Origin: an uncultured delta proteobacterium
Lineage (GTDB): Bacteria > Desulfobacterota > Zymogenia > Zymogenales > Zymogenaceae
Direction: 5' to 3'
Length of the DNA stretch: 64,000 nucleotides
Assembly: GCA_963735595.1 (NCBI GenBank)
Contig: CAVTLK010000001.1
Coordinates: forward strand, 227,008 to 291,007
Part shown: piece by piece, positions 50,621 through 60,128 of the stretch
How the letters are laid out: the number at the start of each line of letters is the position of its first letter
Numbering within the stretch: position 1 is the first letter of the stretch
Position numbers and translations under genes: made by a program
Notes under the pieces: generated by a model
Told to the model about the DNA's origin: nothing
Databases searched by the model: none
The model's input: the letters and a program-made list of their open reading frames with translations, nothing else

Positions 50621-52252
50621 ATGAAAAGAACGCTCGTAATTCTATCCTTTCTTGGCGTCCTATTTTCAATAGCGTTTCCCGCCTTTGCGATAAAATGGGA
50701 AGACGGCCGGCTTACAACAGACTACTCCGTTGATATCTATTATGAGAACGTGTACGGGAATGCCGATCGGTCCGTTCTTGACGTCGATCGCTCAACGAAG
50801 GACAATTGGCACTTCATGGAGGGCCTCAAGGTTCAACTTGAGCAGAAGATCGGTAATACATCAAAACTTGAATTGTTCTTTTATGGGAGACACACATCCG
50901 ACAAGCAAATCCAGGACGAGAGTGCGAAAATCCTGCAGGCCTATCTACGGATATACGGGGATAATTATGAAATATCCGTGGGAGACATCGGGGAGTACTA
51001 CACCAAATATACCTTTAATAATACCTTCCTTGGGGCGCGGGGATGGCTGAGACCGTTTTCCTCCCTGAGGATCATGCTGCTGGGCGGGAGAAATCGCGAG
51101 AGAGTTGACGATACGTACGAACACAACTTCGGCGGCGGCAGAATAGAATATTCCCCGAACCCGAGGTATATTTTCGGGACGACCTATATCCACTCGGAAA
51201 TCGCGAAGCTCTATACCGGCACGACTACTCTGGATTACAGCAACGACGTCTTTTCCGTCGATGCCCGGCTCAGGCTGCTGGATCGCAAGCTGTTGATCTT
51301 TGGAGAGGCAGCATTCAGCTGGTATACCGTAGACAGAAACGATCCTTCCGCCGATGAACCCACCGGGCGGGCGTTTAATCTCGAGATCGACTACCGTCCT
51401 ATTCAGTCGTTAAAACTTTCGCTTGATTACGAGTATGTGCGGCCGAACTTCATTACCGTCATGGGAAGCGCTCCAAGAGACCGCGAAACCGTCAAGGGAG
51501 AGGTTCGTTATTACCCGACGGATTCCTTGGATATATGGGCGAAATACCGGTTCACCGGAGACAAGCTGTCGGAGAGCTCACCACTTGCGTATAGAACGGA
51601 GACAAACTACTCGGAGATCGGCCTCATCTATAAGCCCTTCTTCATGGAAAAAGAGAGCTATTTCAGGAACCTCAAGTTCGACGTGAGGCTCGATTACACG
51701 AGGAGAGTTTCCATCAATGACCCGATGAGCGTAAACGACGGTCGTATCAGTACACGCCTGATTGTGACCAATCTCTACAATAAGATGCGGTATTCAGTAG
51801 AGTATGGATTCAGGTATACCGATGACTACGTTACAGGTACGCCCGATAGTATGCTCAATACGGTCGGCGCTAAATGGGGATACTCGTTTGCGGCGCTCGG
51901 GTTGGATTGGGACGTCGATCTTTTCGGAAAGGTTGATTTTATAACCACCTATGAGCCGGATGATATACTCTATGATACGGTTTCATCGTTTACGACCGGA
52001 ATAACCATCAGGCATTCACCGACTAATACCCTCCTGAGGATGTCGTATCTGGGCGTATTTTCGAGGATCGACAATGGGTACGACACCAACAAGAACGCCA
52101 CGGAGGTCTCTCTTGAGCAGGTCCTGTACGAGAACAAAGGGATTACCTCAATTCTCGGAATCAGCTATCGAAACCTTGATTTCCGGTCGGAAAACCACGT
52201 CGACAGCTACGGCGAAAACATCTACATGCTCAGTCTTACGTTACGCTTCTAA
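50621..52252 (+). CDS. Outer-membrane beta-barrel protein (hypothetical)
   Basis: Signal peptide MKRTLVILSFLGVLFSIAFPAFA. Alternating amphipathic beta-strand pattern, rich in Y/W/R/D. The C-terminal residue is Phe (LTLRF). Confidence 0.6.
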   Translation: MKRTLVILSFLGVLFSIAFPAFAIKWEDGRLTTDYSVDIYYENVYGNADRSVLDVDRSTKDNWHFMEGLKVQLEQKIGNTSKLELFFYGRHTSDKQIQDESAKILQAYLRIYGDNYEISVGDIGEYYTKYTFNNTFLGARGWLRPFSSLRIMLLGGRNRERVDDTYEHNFGGGRIEYSPNPRYIFGTTYIHSEIAKLYTGTTTLDYSNDVFSVDARLRLLDRKLLIFGEAAFSWYTVDRNDPSADEPTGRAFNLEIDYRPIQSLKLSLDYEYVRPNFITVMGSAPRDRETVKGEVRYYPTDSLDIWAKYRFTGDKLSESSPLAYRTETNYSEIGLIYKPFFMEKESYFRNLKFDVRLDYTRRVSINDPMSVNDGRISTRLIVTNLYNKMRYSVEYGFRYTDDYVTGTPDSMLNTVGAKWGYSFAALGLDWDVDLFGKVDFITTYEPDDILYDTVSSFTTGITIRHSPTNTLLRMSYLGVFSRIDNGYDTNKNATEVSLEQVLYENKGITSILGISYRNLDFRSENHVDSYGENIYMLSLTLRF

Positions 52253-52441
52253 GTTATGCCTGAACAATTCACATGATTCACGTGGCGGATTTCGGTACGT
52301 TTTCCCTGTTTATGATACAAATGTTCCGTAAACCGATTATATAGTTACGCGTTGCTTATTCATTTCTTAATACGGCTGATAGGGTAATATCCCACGGCGG
52401 GTATTTTCAGCTATTCAAGAGATTATATATCGATACCGGGG

Positions 52442-54183
52442 ATGACTGATATGAAACCGATGCTTAAGTCCGTGAAGGCTATCGCGTGCTTCGGGTTGCT
52501 TTTATCGGTTGTTATTGGCCTTAATTCCGCCGAGGGGCAGGTAGGCAACGGGGCATCGGTTATTGCCGTCAACGGATTCGTAGACGTCAAGTTCAAGGAT
52601 AAGGGCCTATTTGTACCGCTTGAAGAAGGCATGATGCTTGGCGTCGGCGATACCATTGAAACGGATACCGAAGGGGAGGCCGAATTGCGGCTGGCCGATA
52701 AGAGCATCCTGAAAATCGGCCCCTCGTCGCGCGTCCTTATCAAGGAGCTGGGTACACTTGAAGTAACCAGGGTCTCCGTCACAACCTTCGAGCTGATCAA
52801 GGGGAAAATACGGGCCGTTGTTTCCCCGCTCATCAATGATAAATCCCGCTTTACCATAGAAACGACGAATGCCACCGTGGGTGTGAGAGGCACGGATTTC
52901 GTGGAAAGCTTTGATCCTGATACCGAGTCAACCTACGTTATCGGCTTGGACGACTGTGTCTCGCTGTCTTTCAGGAATACCCCCGGCAGCGCCCCCGTTT
53001 CGATCTGTGGAACAGAAGAGCTGACGGTAAAGGGGCGAGGAGCGCCCGGATTACCGTCGAAGGCATCAAAGGAAACAATAGACCGGACACTCCGTGAGAT
53101 GGGGTTGACGGGAGAAAAAGGCGGAGAGCTGGGAAAAGTCAGGGGAGCCCCGTATATCACCGGCATCTTCGTTAATCGGACAATAGATCTTGAACGCGTC
53201 GAAGGGTTGCTCACGCTCACGCGGGACGATCTTTCCGTAGAGAGAAAGATACTACTCAGCGGGCGGTCAAAAGACGATGTCGGACGCGTCGTATCCGTTG
53301 AGGTGAGCCTCGATGGAGGAGCGACATTTGAAAAGGCGACCGGCACGGAAGACTGGACATACGAGTTCGAGCCGCGCGAGAATAGGGAATACGAAGTCAT
53401 GGTACGTGCCGCGAACGATGCGGGTCTTGGTTCCGATCCCCGCGATATGGGACGGATTGCGATCGCGTTCAAAGACGATAGCTATGATGACGTCGCCCGT
53501 TCATTTATCGAGGCCTTCGTCAACGGTATCAGGACCGGGGATAGCCGGGCCGTCGAGGGCAACATTACTGATGGTTACGACGGGGCGGTGGGAGGATTCT
53601 ATTCAAGGGATGATCTCTATACAGTCCGGTATAGAAGACCTTTCCGGCTATACGAGCGGGACCACCATCAGCTACACGATAGACCAGGTCAGCTCGCTGG
53701 GAGACAGGATTGTGGTGGTGACCGGATGGTCCGTGACATCGGGCACGACAAACGACCACGGGAAAACGACGTGGTGGCTCTCGAAATCCGATGACTTCAG
53801 GCTTTCTCATGCGGAAGGGGATTGGTTGTTGCGGTCGATAGCAACGGTGGAACCGGCGCTTTGGATCGATTTTTACGATAATGGCATGGGGCCGCCCTGC
53901 AATAAGGTCGCGCGAGTGTTCTTGAGGGCGCCTAACATCCCGGATTCGGTACTATTCGTCCAGGTGCAGGTTGAGACGTCGTGCGGCCCGGTGAACCTGT
54001 TCGTTGATCGGTGGTACTATGAGGCGTATGTGGGTGATGAGAACGGATTCGGGAGCGACGTTCCGTTAGAAACGATGATATCGGCATGCGTAGCGCCATC
54101 GTGCGGTGTAGTTCGTACCGCCATTCGATCCCAATCTCAATTGCACTTTTACCGATTATGGCTATGATCTCAGTACGGACTAA
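52442..54183 (+). CDS. Secreted FecR-domain protein (~580 aa) with a Cys-containing C-terminal domain, paralog 1; two apparent frameshifts
   Basis: Signal peptide, then the FecR-like fold (GDTIETD...A-L-L-D-S-L-I-P...TTNATVGVRGTDF). The C-terminal half continues in the 53313-54167 frame (WWLSKSDDFRLSHAEGDW...GPPC...) and finishes as ...TDYGYDLSTD* at 54183. Confidence 0.6.
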
Positions 54184-54310
54184 CGATACCGTAGGGAAAT
54201 AGTCCGATGTATTGAAAAAGGCCTGATGGGAAACCGGACCATCCGAACCCGAGAGCTCGGAGGTGTACAATGACTATAATGATGAACGACAATCGGAAAG
54301 GAGACTTACC

Positions 54311-56051
54311 ATGACACGACGGATCAGACCTATAAGGGCTGCCGGACTCGTCTCTCTGTTGCTGGTCGTCATGAGCCTTACGTCGACCGGTGCTCAGAAT
54401 CCCGTTGATGCGCTCGTAGTCTCCTCGGAAGGGTATGTAGACGTTAAATTAAACGGTACGGACAAATTCGTTCCTCTCGTTGAGGGAACGGGGCTTAGTG
54501 TCGGCGATATCATCCAGACAGACAGCGAAGCGAAAGTTGTCTTATGGCTCCCCGATAAAAGCACGCTCATAATCGGTGAGAACAGCCGGGTCGTAATTAA
54601 GGAACTGGGGATGGTCGAGCTGACTAAGGTATCCGTAAGCACGTTCGAGATCATCAAGGGGAAGATTAGGGCTATTGTCAATCCCTTTATCAATACGGAA
54701 TCCACCTTCATGATAAAGACCAACAACGCGACGGTCGGCGTGCGCGGCACGGACTTTGGAGAGGCATATGATCCCGATACCGATCGGACATATATCCTGG
54801 GTCTGGAGGATTGCGTATCGTTGACGCTCGCGAAGATCCCGGGGAGTGCTCCCATTTCGATATGCGCGGGAGACGAACTAACGATCCTTGGCGGTCAACA
54901 GCCCGGCCTGCCAAAAGGGGCGTCACGTGCGACAATAAACGAGTTTATCGAGGAGATGAACGCTGCCGAAACGCCGGGGACTTCTGAGGAGATACCCCCC
55001 CCGTATATTACGAGCCTATTCATCAATAGGGTGATCAATCTCCAGGACATTGACGGAACGCTCACCCTTACACAGGGTGATCTCTCCATTGACAAGAACG
55101 TAGTCATCAATGGGACGGCCGTAGACGAAGCCTATACGGTAACAGAGGTCGAGGTAAGCCTTGACCGGGGGACAACCTGGGAAAAGGCCTCGGGTACGGC
55201 GAACTGGGCCTACGAGTTCCGGCCGCAGGAAAGGATAGAATATGAGCTAATGGTAAGGGCAAAAAACGATAAAGGCGCCGTTTCCGATACCGGTGAGCTT
55301 GGGAGCTGGGTCATTGTCTATCTGGACCAGGATTATGAATCGATAGCACGCTCGATGATAGATAAGCTTTTTGCGGCCGTCTTAGACGGGTGACTCGACG
55401 GGTGACGATCTGATTTCCGATTATTATGACGGCGTTATCGATAACGTCTATACCAAGTCGGAGGTCGTCGATAAGATAGCGGGTTCGAATAGCAACGTAA
55501 CGGCCGGTTATACGCTCAATCAGATTAACTCCACCGGTGACGCGATAATCGCGACGATTAGCTGGTCGTCGACCGTCAATGGGAGAAAGGACGACGGAAC
55601 CACAAAGTTCTGGCTCGCGAAGTCAGATGAATTCAGGATTACCCACTCGGAAGGCACCTGGTTCCTGATGAGCTCACGGACGCCCGAATTGAAGCTTGAG
55701 GTTGTTTCAAGTATCTATGGCCCCCCATGCGAAAACGCGTTGCGTATACTGCTCGTAGTGCCGGACGTTCCGGCGAATGTTCCCTCGGTTATCGTATTTC
55801 CTATCACGACATGCGAAAGCACTCATTTCGCCATTCTGACTCGGGCGGGTTTCGAGGACATGACCGGAGAAACGGATGGTTTTGGCGGTGATTTCCACTA
55901 CGAGAAAACCACCGGGTGTACGGCGTCGGGCGGCCCCCCGTGTGCGGGGACGATTCCGTTTCTCTATCAGGATTTGAACCCGCTCGTTACCGTCAACTAC
56001 ACAGACTACGGGTATAATCTATCGGCAAGCACGATGTTGCCGTCGCCGTAA
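54311..56051 (+). CDS. Secreted FecR-domain protein, tandem paralog 2; one frameshift at ~55386 in a GGG run
   Basis: SD AAGGAG. Signal peptide. FecR core (GDIIQTD...TNNATVGVRGTDF). After the stop at 55391-55393 the frame-0 read-through TGDSTGDDLISDYYDGVI...FWLAKSDEFRITHSEGTW... joins ORF 55668-56051 (...GPPC...TDYGYNLS). Confidence 0.6.
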
Positions 56052-56099
56052 AACGGTTCGACAACCAATTGCTTGCTTGCAGTGTGATTAAAGCGAGAC

Positions 56100-56540
56100 A
56101 TGAGACCGATACAAGGCAAACGAACCGCGAGCCTTACGAAGCTCCCTCTGGGGACGGCTTTTCTTGTCATAGCCATTGTTTTGGTTGGATACACGGTATC
56201 ATTCGGACAGGAGAATCCAGGGAGTATCGAACTCGGGATAATAGGGACGCTCAATCTCTATCCGGTGCTGCCGGAGGAGGGAGACGACGTCGTGATAGGC
56301 GTTCTCGTCGCTAACCGGGGCGTAAAAGACGCCCGGGACGTGGCGGTCTATTTCTATGAAGATGATGTCTATTTTGAGAAGGTAACGGTAGATATACGGG
56401 CGGGTGATACCGTGTATGTCGAGGCGGATTGGATTGCGGACTCGGGGGACAGCTATATCTCGGCAATCGTCGACCCTAATCGGGTATACGCCGAAGATAG
56501 GCGTGATAATGGGGCGAATGCGTGGGTGACGGTTCGGTAG
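56100..56540 (+). CDS. CARDB-domain (cell-adhesion-related) secreted protein
   Basis: Signal/TM segment, then VVIGVLVANRGVKDARDVAVYFYEDD...VDIRAGDTVYVEADW...AIVDPNRVYAEDRRDNGAN, the CARDB pattern. Confidence 0.65.
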   Translation: MRPIQGKRTASLTKLPLGTAFLVIAIVLVGYTVSFGQENPGSIELGIIGTLNLYPVLPEEGDDVVIGVLVANRGVKDARDVAVYFYEDDVYFEKVTVDIRAGDTVYVEADWIADSGDSYISAIVDPNRVYAEDRRDNGANAWVTVR

Positions 56541-56697
56541 GGTGATAACACGGAACACAGAGCGTTTTTTTCTTGCAATCTGCCGATTGCGGTGATATAA
56601 ATGTTCAATGTTTATAGACCGCATTACATATAATGCGGTCTTGGGCTTTTTGGAATAAGATGTCTATGGGAATGAATAAAAAAGGAAGGAGAATTTA

Positions 56698-57210
56698 ATG
56701 AAGAGACTGAGTTTTGTTGTGGCAATTATTTTCGTTCTCTCTTTATCGCTTTCGGTTTACGCTGCCGACGTAAAAGTGGGTGTCCTTGATCTTATGAAGG
56801 TTATCGACCTGTCCGCGCAGGGCAAGAAGGCTAAAGACGAGATGAACGTGAAGATCAAGGCCGCAGAGACCGAAGTGAAAAAGAAACAGGACGAAATACT
56901 CAGGATGAAGGCTGACATTGAGAAGCAGGCCCCTATGCTTTCGGCCTCGGCGCTTGCCGATAAGAAGAGGGCGTACGAAGACAAAGTCCTGGATTTCCAG
57001 CGGATGGTTCAGGATTATGAGTATGAATTACAGCAGAAGGACTTCGAGCTTGCGCAGGTAATCCTGACTCAAACGAAAGACATTATCGATAAGATCGGCA
57101 AGGAAGAAGGATATACCATTATCCTTGAGAGGACGAATTCGGCGGTTCTTTATTTCCCGGCAAGCGCCGATATAACCGATAAGGTTATCAAGGCACTCAA
57201 CGCGAAGTAG
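56698..57210 (+). CDS. skp: Periplasmic chaperone Skp (OmpH family)
   Basis: Signal peptide, then a long Lys/Glu-rich coiled-coil arm. 170 aa. Reads VGVLDLMKVID. Confidence 0.8.
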   Translation: MKRLSFVVAIIFVLSLSLSVYAADVKVGVLDLMKVIDLSAQGKKAKDEMNVKIKAAETEVKKKQDEILRMKADIEKQAPMLSASALADKKRAYEDKVLDFQRMVQDYEYELQQKDFELAQVILTQTKDIIDKIGKEEGYTIILERTNSAVLYFPASADITDKVIKALNAK

Positions 57211-57232
57211 TAGCTGTAGAAAAATTGATACG

Positions 57233-57263
57233 TAAAAAAACCCGCCTAGGCGGGTTTTTTTTT
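57233..57263. terminator. Bidirectional intrinsic terminator (14-bp perfect palindrome flanked by an A-run and a T-run)
   Basis: AAAAAAACCCGCCTAGGCGGGTTTTTTTTT. Confidence 0.8.
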
Positions 57264-57319
57264 GGCGTGAAATAGAGATTGCGGATACGTAATAGGAATG
57301 AAATCCTTCCCGGGAAGAC

Positions 57320-57730
57320 TTATTCACAGGTAAAAGGGTAGGGACTTGCGGTATCGGTTAAGTCGTTAAAGACGTTCCATGGTTCACGGCTGCAATCGGT
57401 CACAACCCAGACATCGTCTATGTTATCGTGATCAAGGTCTGCCGAGCAGCTGGCGGTGAAATGGAAAGCTGTCGCCGGAAATATTGAGGTACCAGTTCCT
57501 ATAATATTTCGGCTCAGAGGCAGGTCGAAACGCGATTTGTTCGTAATTCCGGCATATACGGAGTGTTCGGCGAAGTACGTACCTCACTTCCGTAGACGCC
57601 GGTAAGCAGGATTCGCGCCTCGGACTGTCTCGACTTATTCTGGAAGCTCATATAATTAGGAATAGCGATGGCGGCAAGGATCGCTATGATTGCCACAACG
57701 ATCATCAGCTCAATCAGGGTAAACCCGGAT
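57320..57730 (-). CDS. Type IV pilin / pseudopilin-like protein; has an internal frameshift (~57590) and no in-frame ATG before the leader
   Basis: Reads ...[46 protein letters not shown] (class III signal, G-1, E+5). After the frame change it reads ...[17 protein letters not shown]...[22 protein letters not shown]...FTCE*, a C-terminal disulfide loop. Confidence 0.5.
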
Positions 57731-58033
57731 ACGGAATTTTCGGAGTCTGGTTCGATAGGTATTATAGTGTCATAGGACTTATTAATAAAGCAAATAGTAT
57801 GCCATATGGTGCCGGAGGTCTTCCCTGTGGCGCGATCCTACAACATATTGCGATCATTATCTTTTTTATCTTCGGGACATGATATCCAGGATTGAAACTG
57901 ATAGCCGTATGGACGGACTGATATATGACAAAACTGTAACTATGCCTTTGCAATATCGCAATTATAATTGTATTGAACGTTGTGAGACAGACATTAAGGA
58001 GATAGTATAGGTAGTTAAAACATAAAAAAAGTC

Positions 58034-58063
58034 TTGACATACGATTCGCTATTACGATAGTAT
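58034..58063 (+). promoter_or_regulatory. Sigma-70-like promoter of the trp leader transcript
   Basis: TTGACA - 18 nt - TAGTAT. Confidence 0.45.
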
Positions 58064-58093
58064 TACGCTCAAAATGTAATCGTAAGGAATGTA

Positions 58094-58177
58094 ATGAAGC
58101 GGACACGTACGGTAATCGAAAAGAAAAATTGGGTGTGGCGTATCCACATAGGTGATTTGGTGCGCCCAATAGGTTGA
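58094..58177 (+). CDS. Trp-codon-containing leader peptide (27 aa, MKRTRTVIEKKNWVWRIHIGDLVRPIG), a transcription-attenuation leader for trpB2
   Basis: SD AAGGAA lies 5 nt upstream. Two Trp codons sit in a W-V-W cluster. The stop lies 6 nt before the first terminator hairpin. Confidence 0.5.
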   Translation: MKRTRTVIEKKNWVWRIHIGDLVRPIG

Positions 58178-58183
58178 GTAATA

Positions 58184-58258
58184 GGCCGTGGGCGGCCAAA
58201 GTCGCCCACGGCTTTTTTGTTTTTACAGCAGGCCGTGAATAGCTCACGGCCTTTTTTT
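58184..58258 (+). terminator. Two tandem rho-independent terminators (attenuator) between the leader peptide and trpB2
   Basis: GGCCGTGGGCGgccaaagtCGCCCACGGCTTTTTTGTTTTT, then GGCCGTGAatagcTCACGGCCTTTTTTT. The upstream segment GCGCCCA (58162-58168) can alternatively pair with TGGGCG of the terminator 5' arm (antiterminator), and ATTGGG (58128-58133) can pair with CCCAAT (58165-58170). Confidence 0.6.
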
Positions 58259-58364
58259 ATCGAAAAGGGGGTGATTGCCGCATGAGGCACCGGTGGAATT
58301 GAAGGAATATGAGAAGTCATAATTTATAGACATAGGTAGCGAAACAACCAAAACGGAGAAGAAA

Positions 58365-59729
58365 ATGACTGACAAGATAATCACCCTGTCCAGGAGCGAA
58401 ATGCCGACGAAATGGTACAATATCGTCCCTGACTTCCCGGTCCCGATGAAACCGGTCCTCAGCCCGCAAACCCTGCAGCCTGCAACTCCCGACGATTTTG
58501 CGCCGATCTTTCCGATGTCGATTATCGAACAGGAAATGAGCGACCAATCCTATATCACGATTCCCGATGAAGTCATGGAAGCTTATTCCCTTTATCGGCC
58601 GACGCCGCTGGTGCGCGCCACCAGGCTCGAGAAACTACTCGATACGCCGGCCCATATATATTTCAAAAACGAGAGTGTGTCTCCTGCGGGATCTCATAAA
58701 CCTAATACGGCCATCCCCCAGGCGTTTTACAACAAGAAGGCCGGGATGAAGCGGATGGCTACGGAGACGGGCGCCGGACAGTGGGGCAGCGCCCTTTCAT
58801 TTGCCGGGTCCCTCTTCGGGATTGATGTAACGGTATATATGGTGAGGATATCGTTCGATCAGAAACCGTACCGTAAATCGATGATGCAAACCTGGGGAGG
58901 CACCGTATATTCCAGCCCGAGCGATAAAACGGAGGTGGGACGAGCGATCCTGAAGGATAATCCAAACACTAACGGGACGCTTGGAATGGCCATCTCGGAG
59001 GCGGTTTTTGATGCAGCGACACATCCCGATACCAATTATTCCATCGGCAGTGTCCTGAACCACGTCTGCATGCACCAGACCATCGTGGGGCAGGAAGCCA
59101 TGCTCCAGATGAAAAAGGCCGGTGAATACCCGGACGTTATTATTGGGTGTGTCGGCGGCGGGAGCAATTTTGCGGGAATTTCCTATCCCTTCTTACGGGA
59201 GAAAATCAAGGGCAACAAGAATCCCGAGGTTATCGCGGTAGAACCGTTTTCGTGTCCTACCCTCACAAAGGGTGTCTATGCGTACGATTTCGGTGATACG
59301 GCGATGGTAGCGCCGGTTGCGTATATGCACACGCTTGGGCATACGTTTGAGCCCCCCGGAATACACGCGGGTGGATTACGATACCACGGGATGGCCCCCA
59401 CGATATGCCTCCTCTATGATCAGAAGCTCATGAATGCGGTGGCGGTACATCAGAACGCCTGTTTTGAGGCGGCCATGATGTTCGCGCGAACCGAAGGGAT
59501 CATCCCGGCGCCGGAGTCATCGCATGCGATCAGGGTAGCGATCGATGAGGCGCTCAAGGCGAAGAAAGATAAAAAGGAGAAGGTCATCCTATTCAACCTG
59601 TCAGGACACGGGCATTTTGACATGGTGGCGTACGATAAATACTTCGCCGGACAATTGGAGGATTACGAGTACCCCTCCGAAAAGATTAAAGAGGCCCTCT
59701 CACATCTCCCGAAAGTCAAGGTTATGTAA
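58365..59729 (+). CDS. trpB: TrpB2-type tryptophan synthase beta-chain-like PLP enzyme
   Basis: 454 aa. Reads ...[16 protein letters not shown] (PLP Lys motif)...[11 protein letters not shown]...PESSHA, with the TrpB2 N-terminal extension. SD GGAG. Confidence 0.8.
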   Translation: MTDKIITLSRSEMPTKWYNIVPDFPVPMKPVLSPQTLQPATPDDFAPIFPMSIIEQEMSDQSYITIPDEVMEAYSLYRPTPLVRATRLEKLLDTPAHIYFKNESVSPAGSHKPNTAIPQAFYNKKAGMKRMATETGAGQWGSALSFAGSLFGIDVTVYMVRISFDQKPYRKSMMQTWGGTVYSSPSDKTEVGRAILKDNPNTNGTLGMAISEAVFDAATHPDTNYSIGSVLNHVCMHQTIVGQEAMLQMKKAGEYPDVIIGCVGGGSNFAGISYPFLREKIKGNKNPEVIAVEPFSCPTLTKGVYAYDFGDTAMVAPVAYMHTLGHTFEPPGIHAGGLRYHGMAPTICLLYDQKLMNAVAVHQNACFEAAMMFARTEGIIPAPESSHAIRVAIDEALKAKKDKKEKVILFNLSGHGHFDMVAYDKYFAGQLEDYEYPSEKIKEALSHLPKVKVM

Positions 59730-59748
59730 CGTATTCACTTCGTTTCGT

Positions 59749-59790
59749 AACGAGAGACCGCGGGCGCGTCCTGCGGTCTCTCGTTTTTTC
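59749..59790 (+). terminator. Rho-independent terminator after trpB2
   Basis: AACGAGAGACCGCgggcgcgtcctGCGGTCTCTCGTTTTTT. Confidence 0.75.
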
Positions 59791-60128
59791 GTATCTCGAT
59801 AGCACATCTTTGAGGAAATGACGGGTACGAGTATCGGTGCCGTTTTTATGATGTATCAATCGAATCGGGAGAATATGGTCTACGCCGCCATACTAACGAA
59901 GAATCGGCCCTTGCCGGATTGTTCGGAATCGGGTCTTGCTGCCCGGATCGGGGATTACTGATAGATAAAAAAGGCGGTATGCCCATATAAGACACATGAA
60001 ATAAGTTTACGAATATATTTTGTTGCTTTTATTACGCGGTTCTATATGGTAATATTATAAGAATGTGTGCACAAGTGTAAGATTTGGCGTATTGTCCGCA
60101 CGGGGTTGTTTCGGTGGAAGAGTCGTTC

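Noticed and set aside
57762-58247. 161-aa minus-strand ORF in the AT-rich intergenic region
   Set aside because: It covers the promoter, the leader peptide and both terminators of the trpB2 attenuator on the other strand. It is low-complexity and has no SD, so it is almost certainly non-coding.
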